From positions 21,722 to 85,721 of the forward strand of contig JAUYOV010000006.1 in the NCBI GenBank assembly GCA_030697795.1: a stretch of DNA of 64,000 nt, in the 5' to 3' direction. Each line of letters opens with the position of its first letter. Position 1 is the stretch's first letter. The notes under the pieces were generated by a model that saw only the letters and a list, made by a program, of their open reading frames with translations, was not told where the DNA came from and made no database searches. The position numbers and the translations under genes are program-made. Below are positions 47,291-56,432 of this stretch, piece after piece. This stretch comes from a bacterium. GTDB lineage: Bacteria > Patescibacteriota > Minisyncoccia > JACQLN01.

Positions 47291-49504
47291 CTAAAATAGA
47301 TTTCTCAACCAACGGAAAAGTCTTTTTGGCAGCTCTTTTATTTTTTGTACACTTTCTGATGGTTTTAGATTATTCTGTTTTGAATTTATTTTTTGATTTT
47401 TGTCGGCAGGTTCAATAACTATTGATTCCTTTTGTATTTGATTAGTTTTAGGTTGCTCTGTGGTTTTTTGTATATTTTGATTTGTTGTAGGTACGGCAAG
47501 ATTGCCCTTAGTATCTGTATCGGGAATGAATAATTTTAAAGAGCCAAGTTTTTTAAGATCTATATCTTCCAAAATAGAAACCCTTGAATAACTATTATTG
47601 CTCGTACCGCTATAGGTAATACCTGAATTACCCAACCAAGAATTGATTGTATTTATAGACAATATATACCCAAGCGCGTTTAACTCACCCTTAACTACGG
47701 CAGAGGGTATGCCTATAAATGTTCCGTCTTTAAGATATGCTCCTCCGCCAGAATTTCCGTATTCCAATATAGCAGTCGTTTTTATATAACTTCCATCTGT
47801 GCCGCTAAAATCTCCGCTTGTGTATGTAACTTTTGTGCCAAATTTCGCAGGGAAGCCATATGTAGTAACCTTAGTACCCAAGCGAAGATTACTACTACTT
47901 TTTGTTATATCAACACTTGTCAGATTTTTATTTTGAGGGTTTCTAATTTTTAGAATGGCAATATCTTGATTGGGTGAGATTTTTGTAATATCGGCTATAT
48001 GTCTGTCTCCAAAATATGGCTCATCATTAAAGTCATTTATAAATCCAACCAAGCAACCTAATGTCCCAGCTATAACATGCTTGTTAGTTAAAATAGTCCC
48101 ATTAGAATCAATAATCGTACCTGAACCTTGACTAGCTCTCTTCGCATCAACAGGACACAAAAGTTTAACAGTAGATTTTATTATAGCATCTTGATTTGAA
48201 ATTTCATCAGAACTATTTTGTGGTATTTGTTGTGTAGGTCTATTTGGTGCTTCGCAATATTGGTCAGTTGTTGGCGGTGCTGTTTCTACGCTTGAGCAAT
48301 CAAAAGTTTTTCTACAGCTTCTATTTTGTATTCCTGAAAGTGAGCAAGAATTCCAATCATCACAAGTCCATGTATCGGCATCGCAAGTTGGTTGTATAGG
48401 GATTATGGGCTTTGGTGGAGGCGTACAACTTTGGTTTAAAATAGGATTACCTCCAGTACAGCCGTTTGGCGATGCGGAAGTAATCGGTCGCGTTTGTTGT
48501 CCATTTACCGAGCATGTACTCCATGCAGAATATGTCCACGAGATACAGGGTGGGGGCGTATAAGTACATACTTGTGCGACTGACGGAGACGGAGTATCAA
48601 CATCTGAGCAATCAAAAGTCTTCGTGCAACTGCGTGATTGTTTGCCCTCTAGTGAGCAAGTGTTCCAATCACCACATGACCAAATGTCTGTAGTACAAGG
48701 CGGTGGAGTACTGGCGACATCAACAGAGAAGGAATTACTTATATAGTCCTTACCATCGGGCCCATCTACAGCACTAGAACATTCATCGTCAAGACATTTA
48801 ACTTTTACATAAAAAGATGTTTTGCCATATGGTCTTTTCAAATCGTCGAGATTAACTAAAACCCTTATCACATCATGCTCTCTAAGCACTATTTTATGGC
48901 TAGTGCCATTCGTTTCATAAACTCGAGCGTTGCTTACCGAAACATCTGGGTTGCCTGGCATGCCAAAATTTTCTCCGTGGATCCATACCTCAGTTCCTTG
49001 CGATGTAACTATCTTTCGCGTTACGCTGGTTATTTTAGGAGGACCCCATGGAATGATTTTAAGAGGAAAAGCATTACTTCTAACTGGCGATGTTTCTGAT
49101 GAATGAGATCTCTCTATCACGAGATAAAAATTTCTCGGGTCTTCAAAGTTACTAGGGTAGACGAGAATTTTTGTATCTGTCCAAGTGCCTGTAGTTTGTC
49201 CGCGATTATTGGGGCCGAAAACCCTTGACGAACCCTGACTGGTTCCAAAATATTCACCAATAATCTCGACTGGGGCTGTTTGAATATAGTTAATCGCACT
49301 CGGAGATATTGAGGTTATTTTTGGTAGTGGTCGTTTGCAGGCCTGACTAATAACTGGATCGCCCCCAGTACAAGTCTCTGGACCTAACGACGATACCGTT
49401 CTCGTCTGTTTTGCATCAACAGAGCAAACACTCCAGTCGGAATATATAAAAGGAGTACACTCGGTTTGTGCTTTGGTAACTTGAGCTAAAACAAAACCCG
49501 CCAC
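47291..49504 (-). CDS. secreted trypsin-like serine protease with four N-terminal Cys-rich repeats
   Basis: Repeats C..W.C..W..CS..G.Q.R.C (x4). Protease core GSGTIID..GTILTNKHVI ... GNSGGGAY. Confidence 0.6.
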   Translation of the reverse strand: MAGFVLAQVTKAQTECTPFIYSDWSVCSVDAKQTRTVSSLGPETCTGGDPVISQACKRPLPKITSISPSAINYIQTAPVEIIGEYFGTSQGSSRVFGPNNRGQTTGTWTDTKILVYPSNFEDPRNFYLVIERSHSSETSPVRSNAFPLKIIPWGPPKITSVTRKIVTSQGTEVWIHGENFGMPGNPDVSVSNARVYETNGTSHKIVLREHDVIRVLVNLDDLKRPYGKTSFYVKVKCLDDECSSAVDGPDGKDYISNSFSVDVASTPPPCTTDIWSCGDWNTCSLEGKQSRSCTKTFDCSDVDTPSPSVAQVCTYTPPPCISWTYSAWSTCSVNGQQTRPITSASPNGCTGGNPILNQSCTPPPKPIIPIQPTCDADTWTCDDWNSCSLSGIQNRSCRKTFDCSSVETAPPTTDQYCEAPNRPTQQIPQNSSDEISNQDAIIKSTVKLLCPVDAKRASQGSGTIIDSNGTILTNKHVIAGTLGCLVGFINDFNDEPYFGDRHIADITKISPNQDIAILKIRNPQNKNLTSVDITKSSSNLRLGTKVTTYGFPAKFGTKVTYTSGDFSGTDGSYIKTTAILEYGNSGGGAYLKDGTFIGIPSAVVKGELNALGYILSINTINSWLGNSGITYSGTSNNSYSRVSILEDIDLKKLGSLKLFIPDTDTKGNLAVPTTNQNIQKTTEQPKTNQIQKESIVIEPADKNQKINSKQNNLKPSESVQKIKELPKRLFRWLRNLF

Positions 49505-49559
49505 AATAGTTAGTAGCAGAACAGCTATTCTTGAATACTTTTTAAAAATTTTAATATTT

Positions 49560-49683
49560 TTATTTTATTAAATCACCAACATTAACTTCAAGGGCTTTCG
49601 CCACTTTCTTTAAGGTTTCAAGTGTCGGATTTTGATTTTTTCTTGTCTCAATTTTAAAAGTAATTTTATTTAGCGAACGAATC
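49560..49683 (-). pseudogene. Xre-family HTH C-terminal fragment (..KITFKIETRKNQNPTLETLKKVAKALEVNVGDLIK*), no start codon
   Basis: In frame behind the stop of ORF 49686..50006. A degenerate second copy lies at about 50017-50085. Confidence 0.35.
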
Positions 49684-49685
49684 CA

Positions 49686-50006
49686 TTATTTCGTGTTAAA
49701 ATGTAAAGTTATTTCATTTACTTTAACCCATTCTACGATGTATGATTTTTTGAGTGGACTTAGAAAATTTACTTTCAATTTTTTCTCATCAGAAAAATTT
49801 ACTATAGCACACCAAATGGGACCCCCAAATATATAATTTCTTCTGTTCTTTGTTTTTGTAGTTACAGTAATTATTAAGTTTTCTGGTGTAGTATATTCAT
49901 GTATATATTCACCGTCATGCTCTGGCATTTTTATCAAATCTCTTTTAAGTAATTGAACCTGTTCATTTTTTCTCAAAACCTCAAAGGGCTTCTTTTTGTT
50001 TTCCAT
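49686..50006 (-). CDS. hypothetical protein (106 aa) flanked by about 70-bp imperfect direct repeats
   Basis: ORF only. Confidence 0.4.
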   Translation of the reverse strand: MENKKKPFEVLRKNEQVQLLKRDLIKMPEHDGEYIHEYTTPENLIITVTTKTKNRRNYIFGGPIWCAIVNFSDEKKLKVNFLSPLKKSYIVEWVKVNEITLHFNTK

Positions 50007-50130
50007 TTTTTTACTTTATTAAATCATCAATACTCATCTCAATGGTTTTTGCAACCTTCTAAATTTTTGAAGTTTTATATGATACATCTATTAAAAAGCT
50101 CTAAACCCTAAAAACTAAACTCTAAAATAA

Positions 50131-51567
50131 TTACTTTTTCTCGATTACTTTGATTCCCAATTCCTTTAACTGCTTTTCCGAAATTTCCGCAGGTGCATCC
50201 ATCATTAAATCCCGGCCGTCGCCTGTTTTTGGAAACGAAAACACTTCACGAATGTTTGGCTCACCCGTAAGCAAAGTAACCAATCTATCTAACCCCCAAG
50301 CAATACCGCCATGAGGCGGTGTACCGTAACCTAGAGCTGTAAGCATATGCCCAAAGTTAGAAGAAATTTTTTCTTCTGAAAAACCCATAATTTCAAAAAC
50401 TTTCTTTAGCAGTTCTGGTTTATGGTTACGAATACTGCCACCGCCGATTTCGAAACCATTTAAAGCTATATCGTATTGCGTGGTTAAAATTTTATCTATA
50501 TTTTCTTTATTCATTAGCCATTCTATATGTTCATCTTTTGGTTTAGAAAACGGATTATGTGTAAACGTCCACTTCTTCGCTCCTTCGGAGCTTCGAAGTG
50601 CAGGCACTTTCTTATCCTCTTTAATTTCTTCAAAAAAAGGAAAGTCAACCACCCAACAAAAAGCTAACAGATCTTTATCATTTTTATTTTTTCTTAAGTC
50701 CGGTCGGTCGGTGCCATATTTTTCCATAGCTTCGGCGTAACTGACTCTGGGGAAAGGAGTTTCTTGTATTTTTTTATTTGGAAAGAGTTCTTTTATCAAG
50801 TTAGTCAGTAAAGATTCATTTAGGGCCATAACATCTTCTCTTTCCACAAAAGACATTTCTAAATCCAGCTGGGTAAATTCTGGTTGTCTGTCTCCCCTAG
50901 TGTCTTCGTCTCTGAAACATCTGGCAATTTGAAAATACCTTTCGAACCCCGCCACCATTAAAAGTTGTTTATATTGTTGCGGACTTTGAGGTAAGGCATA
51001 AAACTTGCCGTTTTGTAAGCGCGAAGGTACCACATAATCGCGGGCGCCTTCGGGAGTCGATTTAGTTAAAATAGGAGTTTCTATTTCTACAAATTCTTTT
51101 TTAGCAAGCCAGTTTCTAATAAATTGAATTATCTGGAAACGCGTGCAAATATTTTTTTGAAGCCTATCTCGGCGCAAATCTAGATAACGATATTTCATTC
51201 GTGTGTCCTCCCCTATTTCTAAACCGTCTGTATCCAAAGCAAAAGGCGGAGTTAGGCTCTCATTTAAAATTTTAAGCGCAGTAACTTGAAGTTCTACCTC
51301 GCCTGTAGGAATTTCCGAATTTATCATACCCTTGGGGCGTTCGGAAACTTGGCCTTCCAATTGCACCACAAAGCCCGTACGCAGGCTATCACCCAGTTTA
51401 TGTAGTTCAGTATTATTTGGCAAAAAGACGCATTGTAAGACGCCAGTTCTATCTTTAACGTCTATAAAGATAAGCTTGCCGTGGTCGCGCCTGCCCCAAA
51501 TCCAGCCGTAAACACTAACACTTTGCCCCTTGTTTTCAGGGGTTTTAGATATCAAAATCCGTTGCAT
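50131..51567 (-). CDS. aspS: aspartate--tRNA ligase (short, 478 aa)
   Basis: Class II motifs FRDEDTRGDRQPEFTQLD, GGSIRNH, GLDRLVTLL. Carries an in-frame GC-rich hairpin insertion coding PALRSSEGAK (50570-50600). Confidence 0.9.
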   Translation of the reverse strand: MQRILISKTPENKGQSVSVYGWIWGRRDHGKLIFIDVKDRTGVLQCVFLPNNTELHKLGDSLRTGFVVQLEGQVSERPKGMINSEIPTGEVELQVTALKILNESLTPPFALDTDGLEIGEDTRMKYRYLDLRRDRLQKNICTRFQIIQFIRNWLAKKEFVEIETPILTKSTPEGARDYVVPSRLQNGKFYALPQSPQQYKQLLMVAGFERYFQIARCFRDEDTRGDRQPEFTQLDLEMSFVEREDVMALNESLLTNLIKELFPNKKIQETPFPRVSYAEAMEKYGTDRPDLRKNKNDKDLLAFCWVVDFPFFEEIKEDKKVPALRSSEGAKKWTFTHNPFSKPKDEHIEWLMNKENIDKILTTQYDIALNGFEIGGGSIRNHKPELLKKVFEIMGFSEEKISSNFGHMLTALGYGTPPHGGIAWGLDRLVTLLTGEPNIREVFSFPKTGDGRDLMMDAPAEISEKQLKELGIKVIEKK

Positions 51568-51617
51568 ATAGCATTTATTCTAGCTTTTTTGTATTGAATT
51601 ATCAAACACGAGGTTCT

Positions 51618-51655
51618 GTAGTTGGCTCAACAATACCCACAGGGAAAAACCTGTG
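51618..51655 (+). terminator. hairpin with T-run
   Basis: atacccacagg-gaaaaa-cctgtgggtat + ttttttt. Confidence 0.5.
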
Positions 51656-51696
51656 GGTATTTTTTTGATAGAATTTGAGGTTGAGTTGGTGATTTT

Positions 51697-51954
51697 TTAG
51701 AACTTGAGATTCAAAGCCTGTTCTAGCTTAACAAATTTTCTTTCATGTTCCTCAATAATTTTTCTCACATCTAGTTTCTTTTCCAAATCATCAAACCGCC
51801 GATCAAGGCGTTTATCTTGGTTTTCAAATGCAACAGCGACTATTCTAGCCAGCTTTTCAGTCTGCTCATCGGTATAGCTTTTGAGTTCTTTAGTGAGTTC
51901 TTTAGTTTGAACGCCCAATAATTGTTGGATGTCTTTTTTAGTTAAGTTAACCAT
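51697..51954 (-). CDS. small coiled-coil protein (85 aa), paralog of 13606..13854
   Basis: See the paralog. Confidence 0.45.
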   Translation of the reverse strand: MVNLTKKDIQQLLGVQTKELTKELKSYTDEQTEKLARIVAVAFENQDKRLDRRFDDLEKKLDVRKIIEEHERKFVKLEQALNLKF

Positions 51955-52024
51955 AGATTCATTTTACTGCCATGTATAAATAAAAGTCAAAGTTTATTTA
52001 ACTGGTTAGTTTGTCTTTGTCGGC

Positions 52025-53653
52025 TCAATCGGTTTTTTGGTTTATATTATTCTTTCTGGCGTATTCTTCGGTTGGAATTGTGATGCTAAATGTACTGCCT
52101 TTGTCTTTACCTTCTGATTCGCCTTTTATAATACCTTTATGAGCTTCGGTCATAAGTTTAGCCACATACAAACCCAAACCTGTGCCTTCGGTATACATCA
52201 ATCGCCCGCCTTCGCCTCGCTCAAATTTTCTAAACAACCTGCTTTTACCTTCGGGAGTCATACCTACGCCTGTATCTTGCACTTTATAAACCAAATAATT
52301 ATTTTCTAAACGCAGGCTAACATTTACGTTGCCTTTGGCCGTATATTTTATAGAATTATCTATAAAATTAATAACCACTTGGCGAATTTTATCGGCATCA
52401 GCCCAAGCCCTGGGCAGGCCGTGCGGTTTTATCCAAGCGAGTTTTAAACCTTTATTTTCGGCCATAGCTTTTAGATCAAAAACTGTATCGTCTATCATTT
52501 GGGCTATATCCACCGGTCCAAACGTATAAATTATTCGGCCATCCTCTATGCGGTTTAGGTTTAAAAGATCATTCACCAAAACTATTAAACGCTCGGCCGA
52601 TTGAAAAACTTTTTCCAAAGTTGCGCTTTGAATTTCTTGAAGTTTGCCGTAACTGCCTTCTATCATCATAGAGATATAGCCTTTAATGGCAGTAAGCGGA
52701 GTGCGCAGTTGGTGCGAAACTATAGAAAGAAACTCTGATTTAGCTTCGTCCACTCTTTTAAGTTCATCGTTAGCTATCGATAACTGTATACTCATTTTTT
52801 CTAATTTTTCTCTTTGTTCCACTTCTTTAATAACGCTCCTTATTAGTAAAACTCCAGCAAAAGCAGTTAGTATAAATATACCGCCATTTATTACAAAATC
52901 TTGCAGTGTAGACGAGGTTGTCGTTCTAATAAGCAGAAAAACCCATATAGAAAAAGTTAATAATTCTGTGGCTACAACTTTAGAATTAAAAAGGTTATGT
53001 TTAAGCATGGCATAGCCAAAAAAAACTGGAAAAGCTGCAACTAGGAAGTTGCCGTAGGGTGGTACGGGAATGTTGTACCATAAAAAAAAGTTTGTTAGTC
53101 CCCCTCCAAAACCAAATATTGATCCTAAAATCACATAAAATGCCCGTCCTTTAATTTCTAAGGATGATTTTTTATATGTTTTTATTAATAGTGTTAAGGC
53201 ATAGCTAACCAATAAGCCGTACACAGAAGCAAGGTAAAAATGATATAAAATGCCTGGTTCCGGCCAAAATGGAAAAGATAACTTTGGTACTATGTTTTTT
53301 ATAAATAAATCCGGAAATATTAAAGAAAGTATTATTATAAGAAAGGTTAAGCCATAGACTAACTTTAGGATACGTTTTTCTGTTTCTTTTTTAAGAATTA
53401 AAATGATCCAGTGGAAATAAAATGCCGGAATTAAAGTAGAACCAATGGAAAATACTTTTATCCAGAAAGAGGCTGTTTCGTAACTGGTACTCAATAACCA
53501 CTGCCAATAGCCCAACGACCAGATAACCATGCCTGTCATCAATAAAAAAAATACGCGATTGATTTTATCGCGCCAGTTTTTATAAATAATAAACAAAGCA
53601 AAGCTTAAAGAAGCAATGCCATTTATCAATCCAGAAATAGCAAAAATTTCCAT
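52025..53653 (-). CDS. sensor histidine kinase (polytopic N-terminal sensor, HisKA + HATPase_c); no cognate response regulator adjacent
   Basis: H-box SHQLRTPLTAIKGY, N-box/G-boxes (..DTGVGM.., GTGLGL). Confidence 0.8.
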   Translation of the reverse strand: MEIFAISGLINGIASLSFALFIIYKNWRDKINRVFFLLMTGMVIWSLGYWQWLLSTSYETASFWIKVFSIGSTLIPAFYFHWIILILKKETEKRILKLVYGLTFLIIILSLIFPDLFIKNIVPKLSFPFWPEPGILYHFYLASVYGLLVSYALTLLIKTYKKSSLEIKGRAFYVILGSIFGFGGGLTNFFLWYNIPVPPYGNFLVAAFPVFFGYAMLKHNLFNSKVVATELLTFSIWVFLLIRTTTSSTLQDFVINGGIFILTAFAGVLLIRSVIKEVEQREKLEKMSIQLSIANDELKRVDEAKSEFLSIVSHQLRTPLTAIKGYISMMIEGSYGKLQEIQSATLEKVFQSAERLIVLVNDLLNLNRIEDGRIIYTFGPVDIAQMIDDTVFDLKAMAENKGLKLAWIKPHGLPRAWADADKIRQVVINFIDNSIKYTAKGNVNVSLRLENNYLVYKVQDTGVGMTPEGKSRLFRKFERGEGGRLMYTEGTGLGLYVAKLMTEAHKGIIKGESEGKDKGSTFSITIPTEEYARKNNINQKTD

Positions 53654-54571
53654 TTATTTTTTAGCTATTAAAACCGCGTGAATTTTTAACGGTTCGCAAA
53701 TGACCTTGGTATTTTTGGGTTCAAAGCCAGCCGCCAAAGCCATATCAATTAGATCTTGAGGCGTTCTATATATCATTGGCCAACCTACCACGCGCGAAAT
53801 AAATTTCTGTTCCCGATTGTGAATTATATTAGCTGTTACAAAAATCCCGCCTGTCCGTAAGTATTCGTATATAAACGACAACAAAACTATTGTCTTTGTT
53901 TGATTAAAATAATCTAGAAGCCCAACCATTTCAATAATATCAGGGTTTTCACCATTGCGGTAATGCTTATAAAAATTACCAGCAGTATCTATTATCCATG
54001 ATAAATCGTACTTTTGTAATAAATCCCCTGCTAGACTTTTGCTATAGTCGGCAGCGGCTGGATTTTTATCTAAAAACTTAACTGAAATAGGCCTAGCGGG
54101 TAAATTTAGTGCTTGTAAAACTTCTATTACCGCTCTAGCCGAACCAGAAGCTATGCTAAGAATATTTATTGGTCTATTATCGTTGATTTTATTTACAGCA
54201 TCTATGGCTAGGCTTATTTCTTTTTTTGTTAATTTTAACCTGTTTCTTACAGCTAGGGAGTTATTAAGTACGCCAAACCAAACCAGGTGCGCAATTTTTT
54301 GGAATAATCCGTTGGAGGCGTTAGTTCGCCCGTGATTGTAAAGCACTTCTAATGCTCGGTGTGTCGTAGCGTGTTCTATAACTTCTTCGGCTGATTTATG
54401 CGATTTTTTTATATAGGTCTGAAAACTTTTAGGTAGCAAATTAAGTACTGATGTTATTACAAAACTCAAAGCTTTTCTGGCAGGACCACTGATCTCATAA
54501 CCGTTACTCTTATCGTTATCTACAAAAATCTTAACTCCCCGATATTCTCCTATCTGTAAAAGATTATTCAT
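53654..54571 (-). CDS. class I SAM-dependent methyltransferase-like protein
   Basis: ILSIASGSARAVIE (Gly-rich motif I-like) and Rossmann-like alternation. Confidence 0.5.
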   Translation of the reverse strand: MNNLLQIGEYRGVKIFVDNDKSNGYEISGPARKALSFVITSVLNLLPKSFQTYIKKSHKSAEEVIEHATTHRALEVLYNHGRTNASNGLFQKIAHLVWFGVLNNSLAVRNRLKLTKKEISLAIDAVNKINDNRPINILSIASGSARAVIEVLQALNLPARPISVKFLDKNPAAADYSKSLAGDLLQKYDLSWIIDTAGNFYKHYRNGENPDIIEMVGLLDYFNQTKTIVLLSFIYEYLRTGGIFVTANIIHNREQKFISRVVGWPMIYRTPQDLIDMALAAGFEPKNTKVICEPLKIHAVLIAKK

Positions 54572-54663
54572 TTTTATTGTTTATTATAACAAAAACACCC
54601 GTCTTTTACACGGACGTTAAAGCGAGAATGGATTTTACCATTCACCTATTTTCTTTTGAGGTT

Positions 54664-55218
54664 TTAAAATTGATACACGAAAATTTTCTTAACTAAACGG
54701 TTGTTTTCTCCTAAATTTACCATCCGAACAGGTTGCCTATTTTTAAGTGGAAAACTGCAGGAAATAACCCTGGTGCCAGATGCTAATTCTTTTTCTAGTT
54801 TGGATTCTAGTTGATCAAGGATTTTCGGATACAAATACATATAAATACACGTGGCTGTTGTTAGGTTTTCTTTAAAAATATTACCTCTACGGATTTTTAT
54901 ATTCAGGTTCTTATTTATAATCAAATTTATTTTCGCTAAAGTTATGGCAATCAGCGATTTATCTAGGCCAATGTATTTGGCTTCCGGTTCATTGCGAAAG
55001 CAGGCCATAAGCACTCGGCCGTCGCCACAGCCCAAATCATAAACTACATCATTGCTTTTTATGGCCATGGTTTTAACCACAGCTTCTAAAGCCTTTCGGG
55101 GCAGAGGTACATAAGGTGCTTTTATGTCCTTTATAAAGCTATACGAATATATAATATATAAAATAAAAATTAAAGAAACCGCTACCAAAGTTAATCCCAT
55201 AAAGACGATATCAAACAT
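54664..55218 (-). CDS. membrane-anchored class I SAM-dependent methyltransferase
   Basis: N-terminal TM. VYDLGCGDGRVLMA. Confidence 0.6.
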   Translation of the reverse strand: MFDIVFMGLTLVAVSLIFILYIIYSYSFIKDIKAPYVPLPRKALEAVVKTMAIKSNDVVYDLGCGDGRVLMACFRNEPEAKYIGLDKSLIAITLAKINLIINKNLNIKIRRGNIFKENLTTATCIYMYLYPKILDQLESKLEKELASGTRVISCSFPLKNRQPVRMVNLGENNRLVKKIFVYQF

Positions 55219-55230
55219 AAGTATAGTTTC

Positions 55231-55776
55231 TTATTTTCTATAAACCCAAAAGATCTCTTTTTGGCCAATAAGGTCAAAATTAAACATCGGGAAGCCGGCG
55301 CTAGCAATTATAGCGCCGGTTTTTAATTCTTTTTTAAATTTATCGCCCAATAAGGCGTTTACATAGTTTAACTGAAACAAATAAACAAGGTCGTATTGGC
55401 TTAAATCTGTTTTCCAAAAATCCCCTCTTATAATATGCGCATTTTTTAAGCCGGCACGTTTTATTTTGTATCGACTATACCAAACAAGTAGCGGATTAAA
55501 TTCTATGCCGTAGCTTTCAAAACCCTGTTTGGCAAATTCTATAACTACTCGCCCATCGCCCGAACCTATGTCTACGATCTTTTTAGCATTTTCTTTTTTG
55601 GCAATTTCAAATAAATCTTCTAAAACATTTTTTCTATTTTTTCTATAAGACGGCATAAACGGCGCGCCCGTAAAAAGAAGGGGCAAGCCCAAAAGCAAAA
55701 AAGCTAAACCCAGCCCAGTTAAAATTATAATTTCTAGAATAACTAAAAATGTCATTGTTGTTTTTCCTTCTTGCAC
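55231..55776 (-). CDS. membrane-anchored class I SAM-dependent methyltransferase (tandem paralog)
   Basis: N-terminal TM. IVDIGSGDGRVVIEFAKQG. Confidence 0.6.
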   Translation of the reverse strand: MQEGKTTMTFLVILEIIILTGLGLAFLLLGLPLLFTGAPFMPSYRKNRKNVLEDLFEIAKKENAKKIVDIGSGDGRVVIEFAKQGFESYGIEFNPLLVWYSRYKIKRAGLKNAHIIRGDFWKTDLSQYDLVYLFQLNYVNALLGDKFKKELKTGAIIASAGFPMFNFDLIGQKEIFWVYRK

Positions 55777-55778
55777 AC

Positions 55779-55818
55779 ATCATACATTGAGCATACGATC
55801 GTATACTCAATGTATGAT
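55779..55818. repeat. family A palindromic element, copy A5
   Basis: atcatacattGAGCATACGATCGTATaCTCaatgtatgat, one mismatch. Arms again different but self-complementary. Confidence 0.8.
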
Positions 55819-55825
55819 TGTTAAA

Positions 55826-56416
55826 TTAGTTTAGGTTATAAATTTTTTCGGCTAAAAGCTGTGAGACAGTTTCTACTTCTTGGCTTGGAGTGATTTTATT
55901 TAGCTTAAATGCTCGGCCCACTATAATTTGTGTTCCTTGGTCTAATTTTATATAAACAGGCAGTATGGTAAGTTCGGGTATTTCCAAAGCCAGCACCGCC
56001 GCGCCCCTTTTGGGGCGCGGGAGTGAACCAGAGTTATGTCTTTCACCTGTAGGAAAAATTAAAAACACTCCCTTGCTTTGTAATACTTGCCGAGGCTTTC
56101 GCAACGAAACAGCTAGCCCTTGGCCATAATACGAAGGAAAAGTTTGCGTCAAAATAAAGAAAGGCCTTAAAAATATATTTTTGTAGTAACGATCATCTAC
56201 CATAAAAGTTATGGGCAGATAATGCGAGAAAAAAGGAAATAGTGTGCCAATAATTAAAGGATCAAAAAAACCTTGATGATTAGAAATAATCATAAGCGGC
56301 CGTGGCAAATTTTTTAAGTTTTCTTGTCCCATAATTTTAAACGAACCAAAAAACCGGCTACAAATAAAAGTAACCAGCCAAACTATTCTTTGGGCAACAG
56401 CGTAAACAATTATCAT
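55826..56416 (-). CDS. plsC: 1-acyl-sn-glycerol-3-phosphate acyltransferase-like
   Basis: HxxxxD (NHQGFFD) and FPTGER motifs. Confidence 0.75.
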   Translation of the reverse strand: MIIVYAVAQRIVWLVTFICSRFFGSFKIMGQENLKNLPRPLMIISNHQGFFDPLIIGTLFPFFSHYLPITFMVDDRYYKNIFLRPFFILTQTFPSYYGQGLAVSLRKPRQVLQSKGVFLIFPTGERHNSGSLPRPKRGAAVLALEIPELTILPVYIKLDQGTQIIVGRAFKLNKITPSQEVETVSQLLAEKIYNLN

Positions 56417-56432
56417 AACTTTTCGGCACTAG

